Shown one piece after another: positions 37,826 to 50,880 of a stretch of DNA of 64,000 bases. Every line of letters starts with the position of its first letter. Position 1 is the first letter of the stretch. A program made the translations under genes and the position numbers. Under the pieces are notes generated by a model. It was not told the origin of the DNA and did no database searches. It worked only from the letters and a program-made list of their open reading frames with translations. This DNA is from Octopus vulgaris (Eukaryota). The stretch is taken from contig OX597827.1 of the NCBI GenBank assembly GCA_951406725.2, forward strand, positions 73,346,001-73,410,000, read 5' to 3'.

Positions 37826-38960
37826 TAACGGGAAGCTTTATGAAAATAAACAAAAGACGAAGGCAGGTGGAAAACAAACGAACAATTGTATTAGTATGGC
37901 GCTCAGGAAATATAAATAAAACAAGTCTTTAACGTTTCGAGCCTACGCTCTTCAACAGAAAGATACACAGAGAGAGAAAAACACAGAAAGAAGGAGAGAA
38001 AAAAAATGCGTGCAGTAGCTAACGAATCAACATGGCGATCTGATTTCGGCCAGAGGTCAAAGATCAAACATGAGACGCGAGAGCGAAATAAGGGGAGATA
38101 ATAGGGTTGATAAAAGGGTTGAGGGACCAGCTAAATGTGCGTGGGAGGGGTCTGGATGTGTGTATGTATAGGGTTGGTGTATGTATTAGTATGTATAAGG
38201 GTGTGTGTGTGTGTGTATGTGTATGAGAGAGTATCAGTGCGTAGGATTGGTCTGGACGTGCGTATGTATGGGGTTGGTGTATGTATTAGTATGTATTAGT
38301 ACGTATTGGTATGTATAGGTGTGTGTGTGTGTGTGTGAGAGAGTATAAGTGCGTATGCGGGGTCTGGACGTGTGTATGTATAGGGTTGGTGTAAGTATTA
38401 GTATGTACTAGTATGTATTAGTACGTATTAGTATGTATTAGTTGGTGTGTGTATTAGTATGGCACATCATATGTGATGTGATGTGTAAAGTCATGTGGTG
38501 TAGTGAGGAGAAGAGGGGGAGGGGGAGAAGAGGGGGGAGGGGAAGAAGAGGGGGAGGAGAAAGGGGGATGAGGAGAGGATGGGGGAGAAGGAAGGGGAGG
38601 AGGGGGATGAAGGAGGAAAGAGGGAGAGGGGGAGAGAGAAGGGGAGAGAGGGAGTGAGGGTGTGAGCAGAGGGAAGGGGAAGAGGGAGGGGAAAGAGGGA
38701 AGAAGGGAAGGGGAGTAGGGGTGAAAGGATGAAGGACTGAAGAAGTAGGGGTCGGGGGGATAAAGGATAGGTGAGGAGGGGGGAGAGGGGGGTTAGATGA
38801 GGAGGGGGGGGGGGAGAGTTGAGACCAAATGGCGTATAAGAGCGAAGAGAGAAGATTAATTCCTGTTCACGGCGCAAACGGGAATCCGGATGGCCTCTGT
38901 GTAAGGACAAACCGAACACAGATAGGTGTTGCAAGGAGTGACCGGTGGAGCGGAAATGAC
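37826..38960 (-). mobile_element. 5'-truncated PLE: GIY-YIG endonuclease tail, low-complexity tract, and hammerhead-bearing end (37931-37958)
   Basis: HFRSTGHSLQHLSVFGL...RLRREQELIFSLRSYTPFGLN. Terminates in (TA)n. Confidence 0.85.
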
Positions 38961-39359
38961 CGGTATGTATGTATGTATATATGTATGTATGAGAATTTGA
39001 TGTTGAAAATGCACCTGAATTTGAAAAACTTGTAATTGTTTTTAAATAAATTTATTTACATAAACACTAATCTAGTTTCAACAATTGTTTGTTCATCAAT
39101 GGTAAAAAATTAAAATTGTAAAGTAGAAAAACGTGTTTAAATGATTTTATTCTTACAAAATTCAATAATCTCAAATGATTTAAATGTTCCCAACATTCAA
39201 TAGCATAACAAATATGGCTCATCTTGTTTAAATGCTCAAAATTCAGTAGCATTAGAAATAATCGATGAGGAATGAAAATTGCAAATCCAGCAACTTTTAA
39301 GGGCTTCCAAAAATCTACAAAAGGGAAGCCATAAAGGAAGCTGTAACAAATAAACAACT

Positions 39360-40110
39360 TTATTCAGGAAAATTCTACATCCGAGAGATCCCAAATGCAA
39401 CCACAGACACAGACCCTATTGACGTCCTCCTAAAACTTATTCTCCAACAATTACCGAGTTTTATAAGGAATGATCTGGACCTTTTAAACCATCTCCCGAA
39501 CAAAACCAGCAAAAACTCCCTTCTGGTTTCATTCGATGTAATAAACTTCTACACTTAGATCCCTTACGAAAGCGAAATACAAGCCAAAATGTTCTGGCTG
39601 AAAAATTCCTAGAATACCTTCCTGACTGAATCGGAAAAGAATTCATCATTGAAGGAATAAAATTCATCCCACAGAACAACTTCTTCAACTTCAACGAGAA
39701 GATCCATAGACACAACATGGGCACGGCGATGAAAACGATAGTAAACCCTACTTTTGCTAACTTTGTCATGGCATATTTGGAAGTCGAAATATAGGAGCAC
39801 GCTAGGCTGAAATTTGGAGACAACTTCCAAAAATACTTACTAACCAACTGAAAATACTACCTGGGTGATTGTTTCATTCTGTGATCATATAACTTTTAGC
39901 AACTCTTAGAATTTAACAACTTAATCACAATATCCAATTTACAATGGGATACAGCCACAAACAATTACACCTCCTGGACATCTTGATCATAAGAACAGAT
40001 ACTGAAATTGAGATCAACATCTTCTTCAAACAAACGGACTCAAAATAATATCTTCTATTCTCATCCTGCTACCTAAAGCATACTAAAATAAATATACTGT
40101 TCAACTTAGT
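39360..40110 (+). mobile_element. Decayed PLE reverse transcriptase fragment
   Basis: Frameshifted FDVINL, NNFFNFN, GTAM..PTFANFVMAYLE, IQFTM, LLDILI and FKQTDSK..LFSSC motifs. Confidence 0.8.
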
Positions 40111-40183
40111 AAATTTTTTATAGCATGCTGATATAAAAATCTGATAAAAATCATTACTGGGATTCTATTCTTATATTCTATTA

Positions 40184-40228
<45 letters not shown>

Positions 40229-40329
40229 GTATACACAAAATTTCGGAGTATCTACCGAATATTTACATACGTGAATACATATATATATGAGTATATGAAT
40301 ATATGACATCCACGCCTGTGTCCATAAAT

Positions 40330-40680
40330 ACACGAAAACCAGCATAGCCTTCATTTTTGCAGAGACTGTTGAAATCAGATAATGTATGACAATCTAAATA
40401 TCGCGATAGAGGTTTCAATGCTGCTGTCATTTATCTTGACTTCAGTAAAACATTCGATAGAGTAGGCCATAACATTCTGCTAGAAACTTTATCCCACACC
40501 GGTGTCAGTTGATTTAATATTTACTGAAAAACATAAGACTATATACTCTGATTGATGCAATTTACTCTAGACAAGCAAAAAACATTTGTGATGTCGCTCA
40601 GAGTATTGTGTTGGATCCACTTCTGTTTATTATTTATAAAAATACCGTTGCAAAAACCATCAACTACAGTGAATTTTAAA
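40330..40680 (+). mobile_element. CR1/L2-group RT fragment
   Basis: VIYLDFSKTFDRVGHNILL and QSIVLDPLLFIIY. Confidence 0.75.
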
Positions 40681-40759
40681 AGAAGCAAACATTATAATGA
40701 ATCTGTGTTTCTGAAAGTATTCAAGTGAACATATAATGGAACATACATGAAACAATCCG

Positions 40760-41015
<256 letters not shown>

Positions 41016-41602
41016 CGGTTTGTGAAGAATATTCTTAAGGCCAACTTTTACTCATTCGCAGCTATTTTGACGCTTTACTCCTAATACAATTTTAGCTCAA
41101 TCTTAAATCGGTTTTTGCATTATGATGAGCCAGAGGCAATCTACATTTTGACATTAAAAAATCGAAGCTTGGTTGAGTAGAAAAACTGTTGTAATAAAAC
41201 AGTAGGGCCAAAAATGCGAGAGTGACGCCTGATATTTTATTTGACTGGTAACTTCTCGGTTATTTGTAAAGCAAATATGTGCGTTTGTATGTGTGTGTTT
41301 GTGGGTGTGCGTTTATGTGTGTGTGTGTATTATATATACGTTCATATCTTAATTTACATAAATATTTATATATGTACATGCATATACATCTGTGCATATA
41401 TATATAAGAAGAGGGGGGAGAAGCGAAGAGAGAGAAAGAGAGTGAGAAAAAAGAGAGAGAGAGAGGTAGGCTCCGTAGAGAAAACATGAAACATCAAAAC
41501 TACATTATCAAATAATTAGGATATGCATTAATTACCACTAAATCATGTAATATGGAGACAGTAATTAAAAAGAAAGAAAGAAAAAGAAAAATAATAACAT
41601 AC

Positions 41603-41675
41603 CCGTAGAAATCTGTTTGGCTGAAAGTATCAATAAGATTCCACAGCAGAAAACGATTACATTCACCGCAAACAT
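41603..41675 (-). CDS. Gene 1 first coding exon (signal peptide) of an MEGF/SCARF-like EGF + F-type lectin protein
   Basis: ATG at 41675 gives MFAVNVIVFCCGILLILSAKQIST plus G|GTATGT, a phase-1 donor that joins in frame to 31150. An upstream acceptor CAG at 41712-41714 implies a 5' UTR exon further upstream. Confidence 0.75.
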
Positions 41676-42745
41676 TTCTCACAACTTCTATGTCCAAAAG
41701 AGTAACCAAATCTGATAAGTCTCTGATTAACTATAAACATTTTCAATAATCATATCCGGAATAGAGAAAAACAATGCAATAGCTATGTTTTTGTCTCCCT
41801 CTAAGAGGAAGAAAGGAAATACCATTTCAATGTATCTATACACGGATGTACAAGTTTATTTCTAAGTGTATCTATACAGATTCCATGACATCTGTCAGCA
41901 ACGTATAATTATGTGTGCGTGCATGTAAATATGCGTATGTTCAAATATGTATGTGTTGCGTGCGTGCGCGCACGTGTGTTTACCCAAACCTATAGCTGTA
42001 ATTCGATTGCATGTGTAACTGTATAGAAAATTATAATTTTTCCGAATTTAAGTGATGAAGTAGCCACATGTAGATGTTGGAACCCCTCTTAGTCTTTTAT
42101 TCATTAACCCCGTGGAATAAGAAGAATTTCGTGACAATATAAGTAGATTTAAAAGAGTTTATATATATATATATATATAGATAAGCATATACATGCAAGA
42201 ATACATACATATAAATATATAAATATATATAGATGCAAACAGAAATTTCAAAAGCTTCCAAGGCTGGGAAAACAATATTAAACTTTGGAGAGAAATATGT
42301 GGAAGGGAGGAATTAACATCGCTTCAACGTTAGGAGAGAAGTGCTCTTTGGTTCTCCTATTATGAATCTCATTTCGCAAACGACTTCTCTACCGAGAATT
42401 TATTGTGATTCAGCCAAAACAGCCCTACTGATAAAATAACCTTGCTTAAATTCCTCATTCCTCTCACTCCCTCATAATTTCATTTCTTTTTTCTTTTGGT
42501 ACTTATTTCTCTCTACATTTATATTCTCTTCTCCTATTGTGCTTTCAACATATTCTTATTGAATCTTCCATGCGTTAACCTGTACCTCCTTGCGACAATG
42601 TAAACTTTCATTTAATCAAGATATCCTTGGTCTGTAGAAGAGCCAGCGGTATACACCTCGCTAGGATATTTACCCCTTCTGAGGTTCCTGCCGCTATGGT
42701 CCATGTGCAGCCCGCAGCGTATCTACTCTATACTATAACTCTTGT

Positions 42746-42830
<85 letters not shown>

Positions 42831-42857
42831 AGGTATAGGTGAAGTGGCTAAGGTTGG

Positions 42858-42940
42858 GTGTGAAGCCGGGGTATTTCCAGAGAAGCACACGGCCTGAATG
42901 CTGGGCTATCAACACTGTCAGGATTCAGGCTAAAGCCGGC
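42858..42940 (+). ncRNA. HDV-like ribozyme candidate (imperfect)
   Basis: Paired segments occur in HDV order, with L3 TCCAGAG, GG, P4 CCTGAAT/ATTCAGG and J4/2 CTAA. Confidence 0.35.
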
Positions 42941-43132
42941 ATACTTCAGGTGTAGTTTCACTGTGATTACACCATCATATGGGTTTGGCGAAGTGTAAAT
43001 AACCTAATGAAAAGGAGAAAACAAAAAAACTTCCGTAACGCATCTTTAATTATAAGTGACTAATGTTTCCGTACTGTCTCCATTTGCAAAAGAAGTTTAC
43101 GCGAAAATTCTAAAGAAAAGAATGACGTAATA

Positions 43133-43298
43133 GGCGCAGGAGTGGCTGTGTGGTAAGTAGCTTGCTCACCAACCACATAGTCCCGTGTTCAGTTCCCACT
43201 ACATGGCATCTTGAGTAAGTGTCTTCTACTATAGCCTCGAGCCGACCAAATGTTTGTGAGTGGATTTGTGAGTAGACGGAAATTGAAAGAAGCCCGTC

Positions 43299-43350
<52 letters not shown>

Positions 43351-43531
43351 ATGCGTGTTTGTGTGTATGTGTCTATGTTTGTCACCCCAACATCTCTTGA
43401 CAACCAATGCCGTCGTGTCTACGTCCCCATAACATAGCGGCTCAGCAAAAGAGAGCGGTAGAATAAGTACTAAGCTTACAAAGAATAAGTCTTGGGGTCG
43501 ATTTGTTCGACTAAGGGCGGTGCTACAACAT
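43133..43531 (+). mobile_element. SINE family B
   Basis: GGCGCAGGAGTGGCTGTGTGGTAAG head, GTTCAGTTCC B-box-like motif and an internal (TA)/(TG) microsatellite. Confidence 0.85.
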
Positions 43532-43699
43532 AGGGAGGAGATAAAAAAATTACGCGTTGATGCGGATGAGTATGTCGGGGTAGATATTATGTGACGGGGG
43601 TTGAGGAATCAAGAGGGGTGATACGTATAATGATAGAAGAGAGAATGGAAGGATGCTGGAGGAAAACGATCAGAAGACGAAATTGAAGTAGAAGAGGGA

Positions 43700-43836
43700 G
43701 AAGAAGAAGAAGAAGAAGAAGAAGAAGAAGAAGAAGAAGAAGAAGAAGAAGAAGAAGAAGAAGAAGAAGAAGAAGAAGAAGAAGAAGAAGAAGAAGAAGA
43801 AGAAGAAGAAGAAGAAGAAGAAGAAGAAGAAGAAGA
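43700..43836. repeat. (GAA)n trinucleotide repeat, about 45 units
   Basis: Directly visible. Confidence 0.95.
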
Positions 43837-44396
43837 AAAGCTCTTATCGGCTTATTCTTCACACTCATGTTTTTTGGTTTCACCATTAACCTTCCATGTT
43901 CAATTCGTTCCACCATTCTAAATTCAGTTCCCTAAATTCTAGAATTTTTTCCAAAAATGTTTTTCTATAAATTATATTCTACCACTTTTCTTATTTCTCT
44001 TAGTCTACTTGATGCCTGCCTTCCTATCATTCTTTTTTCAGGTTTCAGCCTCACGAACTAAATATATTTACGTATTGTAGATTTTGTAATTTATAGTTTT
44101 TTTTCACATTTCACCTGATCCTACATAGTATTATAGTATTCTTTAATTCTAATTCATTTCACCCCATATGTATTTTCCTCTCTAGATGTTTTTATTTAAA
44201 TCTCTACTTCTGCTTTTAATTATGTAACGTAATTTATATATTTTTATAAAACACACGCCCCTTCACGACTTAACCTTAAACCGCTCACGTAGGTTTAGAT
44301 ACTTAATACAGATATAACATGAGCTTATAATGATATTTATAACTTCAAGTTTCATTTTTCACCAGATCTTTGATAATAATTTAAATAATTTTTATT

Positions 44397-44496
44397 NNNN
44401 NNNNNNNNNNNNNNNNNNNNNNNNNNNNNNNNNNNNNNNNNNNNNNNNNNNNNNNNNNNNNNNNNNNNNNNNNNNNNNNNNNNNNNNNNNNNNNNN
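44397..44496. other. Assembly gap (100 N)
   Basis: Run of N. Confidence 1.
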
Positions 44497-44845
44497 TGAT
44501 CACGTGACGAACGCCGCAGTTTTGTGACTTTGTGCAGTATATCCACGTACATTAAGTAAGAATTATATATATGGGTGTGTGTGTGTATGTTTCCGAATGA
44601 TTATGTAACACACACACACGCACGCGCACACATACAGATATATACATAGTCATTACGAGTCAAATATTTCCTGATTTTTTTACGAAGATTCTTGTGAATG
44701 AATGCTTGAAAAGCATAATTGTTATAAACCGGTGTAGTCCTCATTTCCACTCGCACATTATTAAAATACCAGGAAATATTTAGAAAGAGACGAATTCACA
44801 GGCTGAGACATATTTTTAAAAATATAATGTAGACTTAAATTATAC

Positions 44846-44980
44846 CTTGTTGACAATTATCACCGTCATATCCAGCAGCACACCCATCTGGACATGTTCC
44901 ATTTCGTCTGTCGCACTTTTTGTTGTCAACACAGTGACATATATCTTTACAATTTACACCAAATTTATCTCCTTCACATT
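44846..44980 (-). CDS. EGF array exon B (copy 2)
   Basis: 135 bp, phase 1-1. Encodes (E)CEGDKFGVNCKDICHCVDNKKCDRRNGTCPDGCAAGYDGDNCQQ. Confidence 0.9.
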
Positions 44981-45221
44981 CTGAAAATATTGGTATAAAC
45001 AAATTATATTAGATATCATTTACTGAATATAATAAAAGGTATGTCTATAATACTTTTCTACTTCAGAAATATAATTAAGATATTGTATGCCTGTAAACAA
45101 ACATTAAACATTTGTTTCGCTTAACGTAATATTTTATCATAAACAAGATTGAACACGTAGAAAGATTAAATGAAATATAAAAAATAATTTAATAATTTTG
45201 GAATAAAGTATAGAAAATTAC

Positions 45222-45350
45222 CTTCTTGACAGCTGAATCCGCTGTATCCTGCATCACAATCACCTGGACATGATCCATTTACGTGGTCACATGTTAGGGA
45301 ACAATGACAATGCTCTTTGCAACCGTGACCAAAGCTACCATTGGGACATT
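45222..45350 (-). CDS. EGF array exon A (copy 2)
   Basis: 129 bp, phase 1-1. Encodes (E)[42 protein letters not shown]. Confidence 0.9.
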
Positions 45351-45394
45351 CTGAAATAAAGTATTGTTAGAAACGAATCCGGAGTATTCCGCCT

Positions 45395-45492
<98 letters not shown>

Positions 45493-45686
45493 ATATACAA
45501 GCAATTATGTTCCTACGTGAATTTGCATGTGCAGAAATGCAGATCCACACACATGCACACGTTAAGTCACTGAAATACATTTATTCACAGATGTTTGGAT
45601 ACCAATCCATCCATGCATACATACATACTTACTTTTATATGTACACAAGTAAACAGCACGCACGTATATATATATATATATATATA

Positions 45687-46102
45687 CGCAGGAGTGGCTG
45701 TGTGGTAAGTAGCTTGTTTACCAACCACATTGTTCTGGGTTCAGTCCCACTGCGTGGCACCCTGGGCAAGTGTCTTCCACTATAGCCTCGGGCCGACAAA
45801 AGCCTTGTAAGTGGATTTGGTAGACGGAAACTGAAAGAAGCCCGTCGTATATATGTGTATATATATATATGTATGTGTGTGTGTTTGTGTGTCTTTGTTT
45901 GTCCCCCTAGCATTGCTTGACAACCGATGCTGGTGTGTTTATGTCCCCGTCACTTAGCGGTTCGGCAAAACAGACCGATAGAATAAGTACTGGGCTTACA
46001 AAGAATAAGTCCCGGGGTCGAGTTGCTCGATTAAAGGCGGTGCTCCAGCATGGCCGCAGTCAAATGACTGAAACAAGTAAAAGAGTAAAAGAGTAAAAGA
46101 GT
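45687..46102 (+). mobile_element. SINE family B, well preserved, with (GTAAAAGA)n tail
   Basis: Head, CCTGGGCAAGT CORE-like motif, internal microsatellite and tandem tail. Absent from the paralogous position near 58080. Confidence 0.9.
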
Positions 46103-46127
46103 AACAATGATAAATCTCAGAGCGAGT

Positions 46128-46348
46128 TATAAACAGTAGCGGTAACACATCGTGACGCATATTTGCCATTTGAATATGGCTAACCCCTAAGGGTGGATGC
46201 TACTGTAGTTTGTAGCCCCAGGAAGATACCTCCTCCAGCTGGCTATAGACACATATATTCAAATGGCAAATATGCGTCACGATGTGTTACCGCTACTGTT
46301 TATATATCATATCACTTAGATCATTAGCGCTTTCTCCCATTCTAGAGG

Positions 46349-46389
<41 letters not shown>

Positions 46390-46600
46390 ACACACACACA
46401 CACAGACATACTCACACACACATATACACACATACACACATGCACCCACACCCATTCGCACAATCTTTCTCCCTCTATCAATCTTCCTCCTTTCTCTCTC
46501 TTTCTTCCTATATATATATGCACATACATATAGACATAAATATACATAAACCCCACTAGAATGGGAGAAAGCGCTAATGATCTAAGTGATATGATATATA
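46128..46600. repeat. Two adjacent perfect inverted repeats (50 bp and 45 bp)
   Basis: 46128-46177/46255-46304 and 46301-46345/46556-46600. Confidence 0.9.
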
Positions 46601-46714
46601 TATAAAAAATGTAATATATAAATATATATCTATAAATATAAACCATCCGATCTTCTGATTACCTCATTTCTTCTAATATATAATACCTGTACATCATCTC
46701 CAAACCTTCCATTT

Positions 46715-46783
<69 letters not shown>

Positions 46784-46854
46784 AGATAGATAGATAGATT
46801 CTGTAAATTTCAATTGTATATATATGTACGTATGTATATAACATATGAAAGACG

Positions 46855-46885
<31 letters not shown>

Positions 46886-47010
46886 ATATGCAGATATATG
46901 TATGTGTGTGTATGTATATAAGTACGAACATGTGTCTGTGTGTTTTGTACTACAACCACATATACACTAATCCCCCGTTTTAAAATTTCATTTTAATTAG
47001 GAACGTAATA

Positions 47011-47120
<110 letters not shown>

Positions 47121-47329
47121 ATATATATATATATATGTATATACATACATACATATATATATATACATATGTATATATCGTTGTATTTAGGAATTCCCAT
47201 TTTGCCACTTTAGCCAATAAAAACACACGCATTATATATTTGGTATTACTATGCTTCAGCGTAAAAACATTTGGCTGGGAACTAGGATCGCAATGGCGAT
47301 GATGTCATATCCGCTGTCCATATTTTTTA

Positions 47330-47480
47330 ACAACGGGTTGAAAGCTTCTTCAGCAATGGGATCCAAGCACTGCAACTCCGATTGAAGAAATGTATGGAAT
47401 GCAGGGGGGACTGTTTTGAAAAATAAGCCTCATTGATGTTATTCCATTTGAGTATCTTGGTCAACTTATGAACTCGTCCA
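47330..47480 (+). mobile_element. Mariner transposase C-terminal fragment
   Basis: ESFFSNGIQALQLRLKKCMECRGDCFEK*. Confidence 0.75.
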
Positions 47481-48327
47481 GCACGAATATTGTATGCATC
47501 AAAGCCATACAGCCTTCGTGTAGATCAGTCATTTTTTGGCTTTCCTCTGATTAATAAACGCTGATATCTAAAGATAACTAGTCATTTTAGAGTAATAATG
47601 CCATGAGTGAAATACAAATCAGTCTAGGATGTTGATATTGCAGCATATGTACCGTATAATGAGATGTACCGTATAATATGAAAATAATTTCAGTTAACTA
47701 TCAGCATTTTCCAACCTCTAACAATGGTTATGTATTGTTGGTGGGATTTACAAAAATGTAATATTTAGGTTATTTATGACATTAGTCTACGATGTAGATA
47801 TTAATTAATATGCTATATAATAAAAGAAAAACACAATTGTTGATAATTTACTATATATACCATCTTGTTACAAAACATGTGTTTAGGTAACGGTTCTACA
47901 TTTGGTTTCTGCTTTTATTCCCAGTCTAGCATAATCTCTAACATAAATTCCAGTTTCATATTTAAAGTATTATTAATATACATAAATATTGTTGTGAGAT
48001 ATATTAAAACAGTGAATTATGTAGTTAAAACTGTAATGTATAATATGACCATACCCTGCTTTTACTGGCAAAATATATTTATATCATTCCACAGGCACAT
48101 ATTCTGGGAATGAGTAAGGCATGAATAGTATGGCATCACATTTATCTTTCGTATAAATGTCATACAATCTATCACAATCATAAACCAATATGTAAAAGGT
48201 GTGCAATATTGACAGATACGAACTATCTCTTCAATTAGAATAATTATCGAAGGAGTAATTCATATTTAAAATTGTTTGATTCATGTTACTATGCACACAT
48301 ATTAAACTAAGGTCATCAAAATATGGG

Positions 48328-48370
<43 letters not shown>

Positions 48371-48592
48371 AAATTAATATGATGTTTGGGAGTGCTATCT
48401 TTCAGTATAACTTAGAAAGTAGTTAATGAATGAATGCTTAGAGAATATATTCTTTTATAGACAATGTTGATTTCATTTTCGTTTGTACAAACATAAAGAT
48501 TTACTAAAATACTATGGATAATCTAAGAAACGAACAGATGTATTAATTGAGATATGCATTTTATTAAAAGAAAATATAGATTTAAATTATAC

Positions 48593-48727
48593 CTTGCAGA
48601 CAACTGACACCATCATATCCAGCAGAACATCCATCTGAACAGCTTCCATTTTGTTTGTTGCAGTTTTTGTTGTCAACACAATGACATACACCACTACAAT
48701 TGGCACCAAATTTACCCTCTCTGCACA
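48593..48727 (-). CDS. EGF array exon B'
   Basis: 135 bp, phase 1-1. Encodes (V)CREGKFGANCSGVCHCVDNKNCNKQNGSCSDGCSAGYDGVSCLQ. Confidence 0.9.
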
Positions 48728-48972
48728 CTGAACACATTAATATAAAATATTACATTAGATATCATTAGCTAAAAGTAATAAAGCGCTTGTCTCTAATAGT
48801 TTCTAACTTTAGAATTCTAATTATATCAACAGCATATATTTCATTGCATATCGGAGTTATGATAACATTATAGTTGTCTCTTATGATAAGTAAGAAAGTT
48901 ATCTACGCCTAAAAAGATTAAATGATATATAGAGAAATTAATACTATTAGGATAAAATGTATTGAAATTAAC

Positions 48973-49098
48973 CTTGGCAGTTGAATCCGGTGTACCCTGG
49001 GTCACATTCACCTGGACACGATCCATTGATGTGGTTACATGGTTTGGAACAATGACAAGACTTTTTGCACTGAGGACCAAATGTAAACCTAGAACAGA
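48973..49098 (-). CDS. EGF array exon A'
   Basis: 126 bp, phase 1-1 (TAG...GTTAAT). Encodes (V)CSRFTFGPQCKKSCHCSKPCNHINGSCPGECDPGYTGFNCQ. Confidence 0.85.
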
Positions 49099-50099
49099 CT
49101 AGTGTAATAGTGGCTACATGTGAATTTCTTGCAGAATAAATTGAAGATAATATTATGTACGTTGTTAACTGAAATCATGAAGAAATACAATGAGATTGGT
49201 GTGTCGAACACACACATGTTATGCCAATATAACTTCTGCAACTGTTATGTAACGTCAGTGATGTTATTAATTCATTCAATACTTTTGTGTCCATCAAAAG
49301 ATGTAAAAAAATACACACATCTAGATACCGTACTGTCATGAATATATTGACAATAATACTCATATTCTATCATTTTGCGACGTCATTAATAAGACAACTA
49401 ATATTACAAGAAATTCTCCTTCAATGTCATAAAATCCTTTTACCTATCTTTTAATAATTCACACGCCTCAATCATAGAATGTGTCTATTTTCAAAATGGT
49501 CATATTGATCCATCGGACAAAGAGTATATATTATAAGCAACATAATGGAATGTTAAATACTCACAAATTTCTGATAATTCGCCATAAGTACAAACATTGT
49601 AACAATTTCTGTTTATATAACATAAGTATCCTTTTATTTGTGGTTTGTGAGAAGTAACAAGACAAATGAAACAAGGGGCTTGATTTAACTGAGAGTATTA
49701 GGAGAATTTCACATTAAAATGGTAACTGATGAAGAATGCCAAAGATACCCACACACTAAATGAAAGTGTATATGCACGTGTATGTATGTATGCGTGTATG
49801 TATGCATCCATATACGTATACACAAATGTACGTAGGCTCGACTAAACCCTTCAATGTGTGCCACAGCATGGCCGCATAATGGAAACAAAAATGGTGAACA
49901 TTGAGGATATGCATATATGCATGTATGTATATATTTATGTATATACGCATGTATGTATGTATATATATATCTCTCTCTCTCTATCTATCTATCTATTTAT
50001 CTTTCTATACCTATGCACGCGCGTATGTGTGTGTGTGTATTTATGCACACGTTATCTGGGTTTAGAAAGACATCTAGTAAATCGTTTTTCTACAATGGA

Positions 50100-50880
50100 A
50101 CTCGAAGTAAAAAATAATATAAAAACAGTCCGTAAATAGCGAGGCAAGAAATTAAAAAAACACATTATTAAAAAACGAATTATTAAATAAACACCAGGAC
50201 ATCAACAGAAAATCCGAATATCTAAGAATAGAATGGTTCAACCGAAAGTTAAGTGTTTGCAATCCGCCGTGTGTTTCGTAGGAAGAAATTGAATATTCGA
50301 CTGGCACACTCTGCAGCCTTCCTGAGGAGGTTCCTGAATAAACAAGTGCAGTGGAAAAACAAAAACGTATATACATTGCTCAATTACCCGATCAATGATG
50401 GGAAGATGTTTTGAGGTTACTATATATACATTTTCCTTCCAACTATACATGCATATATACATTTTCCATCCAACGGACAGAAGTTCCCATCTGGAGAAAA
50501 GAATCAAGTACAGAGCCAAGGTGCAGATAGACAGCTCAAACGAATATAGAACTTGTACAGGGGCTTCTGAAAATTCTTTCAAAATCCGATTTTATTCTCA
50601 TAGAAATTCTTTCAGATACACCGAAAATAGGACAAAGACCAGCCTAGCAAAATATGTCTGGGAATTAAAAGAAAACGAAGCCCGACTTTCAACATGACAT
50701 GGAGAATTTTAAATAGAGTTTCACCTTACAGCTCGCTGCGCATGAAAGACCCATCGAATGTGATTTATGCCTGCTGGAAAAATATTATATTTTATTCCAG
50801 GACAACAAATCTTTAAATCAAAGACGCGAACACTTGAAATCCTGCAGACACGCAACTAAATTTAAAATGTCAACTAGCAG
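50100..50880 (+). mobile_element. Decayed PLE GIY-YIG endonuclease region (same broad type as 1150-2400)
   Basis: KYRAKV...CTGASENSFKIRFYSHRNSFR...TSLAKYVWELKE...WRIL...CDLCLLEKYYI. Confidence 0.85.

Noticed and set aside
43587-43916. Poly-Leu ORF
   Set aside because: Translation of the (GAA)n repeat.
48055-48200. Possible decayed EGF exon (YDCDRL...KDKCDAI...FCQ) before a GTATGG donor
   Set aside because: Needs frameshifts and lacks most cysteines, so support is insufficient.
49565-49608. Short AG...GTGAGT-bounded segment (NCYNVCTYGELSEI)
   Set aside because: 44 bp and not phase-symmetric, so it would break the EGF reading frame.
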